Shown one piece after another: positions 21,466 to 30,207 of a DNA stretch of 64,000 bases. How positions within the stretch are numbered: position 1 is the stretch's first letter; each line of letters opens with the position of its first letter. Both the position numbers and the translations under genes were made by a program. The stretch is from Schizochytrium sp. TIO01. Lineage: Eukaryota > Protista > Bigyra: Labyrinthulomycetes. Where the stretch lies: NCBI GenBank assembly GCA_004764695.1, contig SMSO01000014.1, forward strand, positions 1,793,648 to 1,857,647, written 5' to 3'. The notes beneath the pieces were generated by a model. That model saw only the letters and a program-made list of their open reading frames with translations, was not told the DNA's origin and searched no databases.

Positions 21466-24036
21466 CTAAATTATTGTGATTTCACCATCACGGTACATGA
21501 TGCGATTACGGGCTTCCAGACGTTCAAGAATGCCATCAAATTCCTTTTCAGAGTATGCCTTAGCATGGCGGTCGCTCTCACGGAGTTTCTCAGTTGCGAG
21601 CTCACGTACAGCCTCTGCAGCAAAACATTCAGTGCGCTTGTTGCGAGCATAGTCCATCACCACAGTCCTCACGGTCATGAAACGAATCGATGATTCGTCC
21701 ACAATTTCTTCATCCGGGTCTTGCTCTGCGACAGTACTTCTTTGGTCTGCTGCAGAACTGTGTTGGTCAAGACGAGCTCGTTTTCGACGGGTCTGGGATG
21801 GGGTTCCCTTGCGGGATCGCCTGTCACTACGAGTTCCAGGTGTACCCCCACCGCGTCCATCTTGGCCATCATCGCCATCGAGATCATCACTTCCTTCATC
21901 GCTACTAACATCACTCTCAAGGCTGTCACCACCGCCCCTACGAAGGCGGGTGCGGTTTGTCGGAGCGGGATTTTCGTTTCCAGGTTGCGTATCTTGGGCC
22001 TGTGTGTTTGCAGAAGGCATCGTATCATGATATAAAGCGTAGCGCATAGTTCGAAGAGCCTCCTCAGCATCAGAAACCTCAACTTCATTAGAAAGTCTGG
22101 CTTTAGCATGTGCGGTTGAAAGACGAATGAAACTCTCGAGCTGACGAGCTGTTACGGGGAGAGTCTTTGTTTCTTGCTCTTGGCGCAAAGTTGCATATTC
22201 CTGATTAATAAATTCCGAAGCTTCCGCTGTGAGAACAGGTTTAATACGGCTTTTAGCATAATGGATGTATTTACGAATAAATTCTGGGTGCAAAAGCTGA
22301 TCACGACGACCTGCACCTGCAGCGAAGCCACCGTGCAACATAGGATTAAACTTTTGGTGTACAGGAGCGGTCATATCTTCGCGATCATCAGACTCTTCAA
22401 GCGCACTCGCTGCCATATCGCCTCCACCTGTACGGAATGGAACGCCTTCCTGGCCAGGACGCTGGTATCGGTGAAGACGAAGAATATGGTCCGAGATTGC
22501 ACGGTCATGTTCAGGGTTAAGGTTATCAAGCACAATGAACAAAAGATCAAAACGTGACAGCAGGGAATCAGGGAGATTTACATTGCGTTGTGGGGAAAGA
22601 TCTTTGTCGTATTGGCCGTAAATAGGGTTAGCAGCAGCTACCACCGAACAACGAGCATTCAGGGAGGCATGGATACCTGCCTTGGCAATGGTGACGGTCT
22701 GCTGCTCCATGACTTCATGAATAGCAACGCGATCATTGTCACCCATTTTATCAAACTCGTCAATACACACAACTCCACGATCAGCAAGAACCATAGCACC
22801 AGCTTCCAGGCGGCGTTCTCGAGTTTCTGGATCAGTTGTAACTGCTGCCGTGAGACCGACGCCGGTCGACCCTCGACCAGTTGTAGATACCGCGAGAGGA
22901 GCGATGCCTAAGACAAAACGAAGCAGCTGTGATTTTGCGGTAGAAGGGTCACCAACCATAAGTATATTAATATCACCACGTAAGTGGGTACCGTTCTCTA
23001 GATTCTTCTCCATACCTCCCAGGAGGAGCAGCAGGAGAGATTTCTTGATGTACTCATGTCCATAAATGGAGGGCGCAAGAGAGCGAGATAGGACTTGGAA
23101 AACATCCTTATTTTGGGCCAGCTCTCGAATATTTTGGAGATCGTGCGCAGTCATTGTTATACCTTGAACCTCGTCACCAATGGTTTGCACAGAATTTGCT
23201 ACAAGCTTACTCATATAAGCCTGCGTAGCTTGACCACTACCAAGAGGGATAGCACGATACACCCCCACGACCTTGACACGATCACCAGGCTTGCAGCGGT
23301 CCACCAGATCGTGGTCAAGGATGACATCTACAGATCGAGGTAACTGACCCATGGGTGCACGCTCGGGCATTTCTTGAATGGTTAGAGTTTGGAAATCCTT
23401 AAAAACGCTGAAGCCGAACTCGGTCTCAAGAGGGTTTCCCTCGCCGTCCTCTTTTGGTTGAATGGTGGTTGTAGGCAAACCGTCCAACGACGTAGCGTCA
23501 CGGTAGTTTCTGATGATATGTTTATTGGTTGAAGGGCAGTAATGGACACTCTTCACAAGCTTAGGGCGTACGATGGACATTTTCGTAACAATTCCTTCTA
23601 CGCAAATGAGTTGGCCGAGGCAACGAGCAAGCATGGCACGCGGAGAAACATGGTTAGCTCCAAAGCTGCCGACAAAACCAATGTGGAACTTTACCTTATC
23701 ATCACGAAGGTCCTCAGCCTGGTGCTGTGCCAATGTCACTGATTTGAGGGCCTCCTCGAAAGCAGCAATGTGAGAAAGCGGTAAACGCAGCATTCTCAGC
23801 GTGAGCTCAGCGTCATGTTTTCGCAAATCATTCATGTCCACATAAAGGCGATATACCTTAGACTCCACCATGTCCTCGATTTTGTCCGCATACGTCTCAC
23901 GAAACTCAGAGTCTCGCAGAAACGAAGTAAACGTATTTACCAATTCCTCATGGTCAAGAGATTGCGCGGCGCCTTCAACACCCACAAAGTCATCTTCTTG
24001 TTGCACGCCGACCACATCTTGAGCAAGATCTCCCAT
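21466..24036 (-). CDS. MCM3: DNA replication licensing factor MCM3
   Basis: GDPSTAKSQLL (Walker A), IDEFDKM, SRFD arginine finger; MCM3-type segments SVHYCP, ENGTHLRGDIN, GQLPRSVDVILD; C-terminal winged-helix-like region. Confidence 0.95.
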   Translation of the reverse strand: MGDLAQDVVGVQQEDDFVGVEGAAQSLDHEELVNTFTSFLRDSEFRETYADKIEDMVESKVYRLYVDMNDLRKHDAELTLRMLRLPLSHIAAFEEALKSVTLAQHQAEDLRDDKVKFHIGFVGSFGANHVSPRAMLARCLGQLICVEGIVTKMSIVRPKLVKSVHYCPSTNKHIIRNYRDATSLDGLPTTTIQPKEDGEGNPLETEFGFSVFKDFQTLTIQEMPERAPMGQLPRSVDVILDHDLVDRCKPGDRVKVVGVYRAIPLGSGQATQAYMSKLVANSVQTIGDEVQGITMTAHDLQNIRELAQNKDVFQVLSRSLAPSIYGHEYIKKSLLLLLLGGMEKNLENGTHLRGDINILMVGDPSTAKSQLLRFVLGIAPLAVSTTGRGSTGVGLTAAVTTDPETRERRLEAGAMVLADRGVVCIDEFDKMGDNDRVAIHEVMEQQTVTIAKAGIHASLNARCSVVAAANPIYGQYDKDLSPQRNVNLPDSLLSRFDLLFIVLDNLNPEHDRAISDHILRLHRYQRPGQEGVPFRTGGGDMAASALEESDDREDMTAPVHQKFNPMLHGGFAAGAGRRDQLLHPEFIRKYIHYAKSRIKPVLTAEASEFINQEYATLRQEQETKTLPVTARQLESFIRLSTAHAKARLSNEVEVSDAEEALRTMRYALYHDTMPSANTQAQDTQPGNENPAPTNRTRLRRGGGDSLESDVSSDEGSDDLDGDDGQDGRGGGTPGTRSDRRSRKGTPSQTRRKRARLDQHSSAADQRSTVAEQDPDEEIVDESSIRFMTVRTVVMDYARNKRTECFAAEAVRELATEKLRESDRHAKAYSEKEFDGILERLEARNRIMYRDGEITII

Positions 24037-24190
24037 TCTGGAACTCCGACAACCTACTCAGCGATCGCCAAACTTTCACAGAGCTTTAAACTTTAACCAG
24101 GAGCCGAAGCTGACTTCACAATACGTGAAGAAAGCAGTCTTAATTCGCCAAGAAAGATCTCGTGCAAGGGCTTGCCAAACGGCTGGCAGC

Positions 24191-24224
24191 TCGCGAGCTT
24201 TCGTGAGCTTTCACGAGCTCGCGA
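24191..24224. promoter_or_regulatory. Candidate promoter element: three 10-bp-period copies of TCRYGAGCT that also form an inverted repeat, about 155 bp upstream of the MCM3 ATG
   Basis: Sequence tcgcgagctt tcgtgagctt tcacgagctc gcga is directly visible. A regulatory role is inferred from position only. Confidence 0.35.
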
Positions 24225-25067
24225 TTGCAGGTTTGATTAATACTTCAACTAACGATTGAGTGATCGATTCTGTGACAGTTAAGTTGAGGGGAATAAAGGG
24301 AATATCTCATGGTTTAACATTTTATTAATAAAAAAAGTTCCTTTCTGTTTTACTATTGTCATCATGACTATTATGATTATTATTAAAATTTAAAATAAAA
24401 ATGAAATATATAAATAACAATAAAAAATCAGTAAATGTTCGTTTAGGAAAACGAATGATGTAAAGAGCTTAGGCAAAAGATAGTACGCACACCAACGAAA
24501 TACTGAGTAAAGTCTCTACTAGCATATTGAGTCGTAAGAGTAGTGAGGTGCCGAATTTCTGTGCGGATGATTCTGAATTCAAATTTAATAGTAGCCAAAT
24601 GCTTTTTTTCTTTGGATTGAATTAGCATAGCTCTTCTCGTCTTGTATTTGCACCACTGCTGAGAATTGGGATACAACAAAATAAAACATCTTAAAACAAA
24701 TTGATGAAAAAGGAGAATAGGTCTTGTGTGCTGGTGGCCACTGTCTTAATGAGTTGACCGAGATGTGAAAGTAAAGGGTAATGTTCTACCTGCACAACAT
24801 TGGCGCATGATCAAAAGCTTGAGAGGTCATAATAAGAAGAAAGACGACGAAGTGATGAAAGAAAAATCCTGCCGGGACATTGACCTTACAGAAGCGAAAG
24901 ACAATTCTTATGGCCAAATCCTAGGAGAGAAAAATCCAATAACTTCATAAGGCAGCTCATAGTGATTTCAAGCTGTGTAGTTTGGAAAGGGTAAAAGTCA
25001 TTTAATTTTGGTCATCATAAATCAATACGTTGGTAAAATAATCAGAGGTATCAAACACCGGCATCGA

Positions 25068-26438
25068 TTATTCCCCATTAACGACTGATAAAAGTGCTTG
25101 CCTGCGCTTGTCGTAGGCCTTTTTCAGCTCAGCAACATCGCGCTGAAACTGGTAGTCTAAATGTTTGAGACGGTTATTGAGTTCAATCATCTCCTGGGCA
25201 TTTTCAGGAATTGTCCACTCATCATCTTCGGATGTCTCCGCGTCAGGGGCCTTGCGGGTAGTTTTCTTTTTAGTTTTGTTTGACATGAAGTAACGCATGA
25301 AGCTAGCCTCCTTTCCAGCCTGCGTTGCTGAAGGAGGAGTGTAGATAGCAGTTCCAAGACTGGGGGAGTTCGCAACCAAGGTACCAGAGTCATCACCCAT
25401 TTCCATGGTTGAGTTACCATCGTTAATAGGCAAATCGGCCCGACGCGTTGTTGTAGGAACATAGCGCGCTGTGAGACCACGGGTCCCGGAGATACTCGTA
25501 GTGTAGCCACAAGAACGGTCATTAGCTTCTTCGATACGTACTTGGTTAATTAGCTCAAGGTTGTCATTGACCAGCTCCTCGATAATCGGCGAATAGCCAC
25601 GATCATCAGCGCTGTCTAATTCCTCGCACGTCTCTGCAATGAAAGGGTGCAGCATGAGCTCAGCAGCAGTGGGCCGCTTTTCCGGATCCTTCTGCAAGCA
25701 GCTAGAAAGGAAGTCATTCAGGTCATCTGAGAACTCCTCGGGGTGGAGGAACGTCGGGGGTGGCCGGGATGGAATCATGAAGATAGCACGCATAGGGTGG
25801 ATGTTAGAATAAGGAGGCTCCTTGTCCGCCATCTCAATGATGGTTATACCTAGTGACCAAATGTCTGCCTTGCCGTCGTAACTGCTCTCCGAGATAACTT
25901 CAGGACTCATCCAGAACGGGGTGCCGATGACCGTTCGCCTCTTGGTCTGGCCGCTCGCGAGCTTGGCGCTCACGCCAAAATCAGCAAGCTTGGCATGACC
26001 AGAGTCTGTGAGAAGAATATTTCCAGCCTTAATATCACGGTGAATCATCTTCATTTCGTCATGTAGGTACCTCAATCCGAGAAGGACAGACGCCGCAATG
26101 ACTCGGATTTGGTCCTCATTGAGAGCCATATTACAGATGTGAATAAGATCGTTCACCGACCCAGCCACGCAGAGCTCCATAACAATCCAAATGCGATCCT
26201 CTTGTTGCCAAGCACCAATATACTCAACTACAAAGTCGTTATGCGTAGACTGTAAAATGTCAATCTCTTTCTCGAGGTCCGCTTGATCATCGTCAATCGG
26301 AATCACCTTAACAGCAACTTGGCCAGGTCTACCATCCTTCCAGCTCGCCTTGAACACCTCACCATAGCTGCCTTCTCCAAGGCTTTCTTCAAGCTCGAAG
26401 AGCTCAGTTGGATCCTCCTCCGTGTTAACCCCTCGCAT
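25068..26438 (-). CDS. STE20/GCK-II (MST1/2, Hippo-like) kinase with SARAH-like C-terminal helix
   Basis: LGEGSYGEV, IWIVMELC, HRDIKAGNILL, KLADFGVSA, TVIGTPFWMSPE, IHPMRAIFMIP. The C-terminus ELNNRLKHLDYQFQRDVAELKKAYDKRRQALL resembles the MST SARAH pattern. Confidence 0.88.
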   Translation of the reverse strand: MRGVNTEEDPTELFELEESLGEGSYGEVFKASWKDGRPGQVAVKVIPIDDDQADLEKEIDILQSTHNDFVVEYIGAWQQEDRIWIVMELCVAGSVNDLIHICNMALNEDQIRVIAASVLLGLRYLHDEMKMIHRDIKAGNILLTDSGHAKLADFGVSAKLASGQTKRRTVIGTPFWMSPEVISESSYDGKADIWSLGITIIEMADKEPPYSNIHPMRAIFMIPSRPPPTFLHPEEFSDDLNDFLSSCLQKDPEKRPTAAELMLHPFIAETCEELDSADDRGYSPIIEELVNDNLELINQVRIEEANDRSCGYTTSISGTRGLTARYVPTTTRRADLPINDGNSTMEMGDDSGTLVANSPSLGTAIYTPPSATQAGKEASFMRYFMSNKTKKKTTRKAPDAETSEDDEWTIPENAQEMIELNNRLKHLDYQFQRDVAELKKAYDKRRQALLSVVNGE

Positions 26439-26871
26439 CGTTCCGAATTCGACTTTCCGCGCTCCAGGCAGCTAACTTTCGGATTCCCAAACTTTTGTCA
26501 AGCAAAGTCTTCGCTCGACCAGAAGCCTATCAAGAATGTAGTTTTGCCAGTGTTATTCTCGCTACGTCAGAGCAAACCCAGATTGTGAATAACGAGCGTA
26601 ACAGAGATAAAGAAGTCCCCCTTGAGCACAGCAGTGGAAGCCACTCGGGATCTAGCTGGGCCTTGCCGATACGAAGCGACTAGCCAAAGGAGGCACGCAC
26701 CGTGGCCTGAGCTGCTTTGGAAAGGCGCCGCGTGGACCGCAGCCTCCCCCCGGTCAACCCTGAAAGCAAAAGGTCGCGCGACGCGACGAGCGGCCTATCG
26801 AGCGAGGGAGAAGTGGAATTGACGAACGACTCAATAAGTGAATGAGTGACTAAATGAATGAATGAATATAT

Positions 26872-26905
26872 GAAGGAAGGAAGGAAGGAAGGAAGGAAGG
26901 AAGGA
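26872..26905. repeat. (GAAG)n microsatellite
   Basis: Directly visible tandem repeat. Confidence 0.9.
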
Positions 26906-27384
26906 ATAAATGGGCAATTGAAATAAGAGAATGGAATGCTTCAACGATGGTTTCAACTCGAAGGAGACACGGATGAAACCCAAATTCGAACCCGGAAAAT
27001 CAACGTGTAAGAAACCAGAGCTGTACGAGCGCAGTGGCACGCGTGATGGAATGACTAAATTGAACCAGGACTTTCTTTCCTCTTGCTCAATTTTTATTTA
27101 TTTGCCAACAACAACAAAAAGGGAAAAACAAAAAGAAAGAAATGAGCGAGCACGAATGAATGAACGAACGAATGAATGAACGAGCTGGCACGCGCACAAA
27201 AGCCAAGACCGGCACACTGCGTGGTGCAGAGAGAGAAAGGCTCGGTCGCAATAGGAGGATCAGAGTCCTCTCTTTGTGCCGTGGACGAGCGGCTCTTATA
27301 GGGGGAATGGAGGTCGCACGGCAGAACACGGCCGAGCGGAATTGCCAACCCAGCAGCGCCCACTGCACAACAACCAGCGCCAGA

Positions 27385-27476
27385 ACCACCTTAAGTGTGC
27401 ACCCTTAGTATTGGTGTTAATGATGTGCACACCGAGAGGTTAAGGCGCAGTTTTTGATGTCCCCAAGTGGGGTGCG
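27385..27476 (+). ncRNA. Candidate structured RNA: long hairpin, U-rich Sm-like site, short 3' hairpin
   Basis: CCTTAA(27389-94) pairs with TTAAGG(27440-45); GTGTGCAC(27395-402) pairs with GTGCACAC(27425-32); AGTTTTTGA at 27449-57; CCCC-AAGT-GGGG at 27461-72. Not matched to a known snRNA. Confidence 0.25.
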
Positions 27477-27822
27477 CAAGAAGTACGCGATACGTGCGCG
27501 GAAAACATGTGTGATGGTGTGTACCCACGCTTTGAGTTGAGAATGAGTACTAGGATGAAGCGGCGCGTGAGAGAATAGGAGGATGTAGGCAATGATGTGA
27601 AAAAGTACTTAATGGTGGCTCAGTAGACTTTTCGATGGAGACAGGAAACGTTGGATTAAAGTTGTAGAGGCTAATTGGTGATAAATATCGATATGCCTGA
27701 AGCAGGAACGTTTCTACAGAACGAGGAGTTCTTCAACGACAAGTATTGTGGTAGCAACAAGAGATACAAGTGTGCTGATACGAGGAATCTAAAACTTTGG
27801 TTGCTCGCTTGAGCTAAAAGTC

Positions 27823-29892
27823 ATGGCGTCAAATAAGGACCATGGTATTCTTTCAGTGGTGTGGAGGCAAGATCGTGCCATCCGACTTGCAGTAAGTTTT
27901 TGTTGGGAAAACTCATATTAAGGCTATCTTTCAAAGACAGGACAGGAAAGCTGATACGAATGGAACTTGAACGGTGCTTTTTAAACAGAATGAAGAGCTA
28001 GCGCTATGCACAGAACAACAAAAGGCCTTGGATGGTGGCGAAGCCCATGAGGATATACCGCGAGAAACACCACGCCGAAGAGATGAACGGAACTTATTTT
28101 GGAGCGATATTAAACGTCGAGAGCGTCGACGTGTAGAACGCGAAAAAGCGTATCATGCAATACATGTGCGCGAGCAGGTCGCGGACAAGAAGTTAGGGAA
28201 AAATCATCGGTTGGCACACAAGCGAGGACGTTTACCAGAATTACATCTTGATATGCTTCGTCAGCCGCATATTGGGCACGGCTCACCCACATTTACAAAT
28301 CAACTTGGCAAGGGTATTAACCAGGGTGGTGCACATAAATTTACCGCTTTACACCTAGCAGTATTGCAGCAAAGCAAAGCGGTATTAAGTGAGGTCTTAG
28401 CACATGAAGACTGCAATCCTGATGTTCAGGATGCCGCAGGTTATACAGCACTGCATCATGCACTTTGTCTAGGACACGCAGGCTTTGACTTGGCTCGGAA
28501 TGCTCGTTGATGCAGGTGCAGATATGACTGTTCGAAACCGTGAGGGGTTGAATCCGATTCAAGTAGCGCTATCTTTGCAGCTATATAACGAGATTGCTCA
28601 TTTTCTCGAGTCGTTCAGCACCTGGGACATAGCTTGCGTATTAGCGCGGCGCTTTTTCAAGGACTATTTCGCTGGTGACCCAATCTATCATCACTACAAA
28701 ACAATAACGTACGAACATAGCATTTTAATAGCATATGTAGTCGTAATGCACCCAAATGTTCTGCGAGGTGGCTTGCAGATGCGCCTGAAGGTTCGGCAAA
28801 TGCTTGGGAAAGAGCGAACCATGAACAATTTGGAACGCTTCTTCCATGACATTAAAGGAAACCAGATCTATGATTCTACAAAAAACGATCGTTTCTCATA
28901 CCGTACACCACTCAAAGTTAAACCCAAGGATGTATCAGTGAAGAAGCAGCTAAAGCAAGTACGAAAAGACTTAGAAGCTCGTGAAGCATTGAGGCGCGGA
29001 GCTACTCTTAAAGACCTTCAGACGGAGGGTGGTAAAGTCGGGGTTGAAGATGAGGAAGATGACAGTGAAGACGAACGGGACGAAGTTAACCGGAATTCCA
29101 TATGGCGTTTTCTGTGAATTCAAGCGTAAGACAGTGAAGCGCTGGTATTCGAAAGCTTTGTTGTGGAATTTTTTTCGCAATGCAGATCGTATTGCAAAAT
29201 ATGCTTTCCAGGGGCGCCTCAGCAGTGCAGAGGTTACATCAAAGCTGCAAGAAGGCCGTGATATTTTTACTAAATGGCGAGAGGAAAACAAGAAAACATT
29301 ACTCGAAGATGAAGAACGACGTTTACGTGAGGTGGCAGACGCAGTGCGACTACGCAAATTACGAAAAGAAAGAGAGGCAAAGCTTGAGCAACAACGTATT
29401 GAAGAAGAAAGGCTTCGGCGTGAACGTGCCAAGAAGGGGCTTGACAAAATGGATCCAGATGCTTGTGTCATTCTTAGTGCAGGTGATGTGGACTTTTACA
29501 TTGATGAGAATACTTCAGCAGGATATACAATTCAGCTTGGTACACGGCCACTCGCTCCTGTTTTAGTCAAACTCTCTATACAGCCAGCTCCAGCGGTCGA
29601 TGATGAAGGGGACTCTGCAGCAGCGATTGCAATCGGTAAAGATAGCCAATTCACCATTCGCCCATCTCTGATTACTTTTACCCCTAAAAATTGGGATGAG
29701 CCTCGTGAAGTGGTGGTTGAAATCAAGGATGACGATGCTCTGGTTCGCATGAAACGTCGCGTTGCTCAGGGTCCGACAGGGGTGTGTAACCATAGGATAA
29801 TTCATGTGATCCCCAATTGCACTGATTGGAGCTATAAGCATCCAGACTTGAAATGGACTCCGATACAAAACCCGATACTCCAGGTTATGTAA
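27823..29892 (+). CDS. Ankyrin-repeat + coiled-coil + Calx-beta/Ig-like protein (about 656 aa if repaired), with one intron (27892-27988) and two +1 frame breaks (near 28499 and 29094); recoded gene, pseudogene or sequence error
   Basis: Exon 1 runs ATG 27823 to GCA|GTAAGT; acceptor TTAAACAG|AAT at 27988 is in frame. Ankyrin repeats FTALHLAV and GYTALHHAL continue as MLVDAGAD...GLNPIQVA only in the +1 frame. C-terminal YTIQLGTRP...LITFTPKNWDEPREVVVEIKDDD is Calx-beta-like. Confidence 0.75.
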
Positions 29893-30207
29893 AGACGAGA
29901 GACGAAAGGATGAAGATATAAGTATTTGAATAATTTAACATCACAAACGACTTTCTGGTTTACTTATGTTCATACGGTTGCTTACAATCTATTGATGCAA
30001 CACTAGTCAAGACAAAGACAAATATTGATTAATATTGTTTTATACAAAGATAAGAATGAACTGTATGAGAAGAATCTTGACCTCATCTGCATGGACACGT
30101 CTGTTATACTTCTGTTATCGTATGATGATTGTTATTTTGGCTTTTAAAGAAAAAAATATAGTTTGAAGCAAAATTTGAAGTCCATCTACACACTCCAACA
30201 CGATTTG

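Noticed and set aside
29032-29134. 103-nt GTAAAG...ACAG intron that would repair the second frame break
   Set aside because: It is frame-compatible, but the donor is weak and the content is purine-rich and codes for an acidic tract, unlike the other introns here. Disfavoured rather than excluded; no intron candidate repairs the first break.
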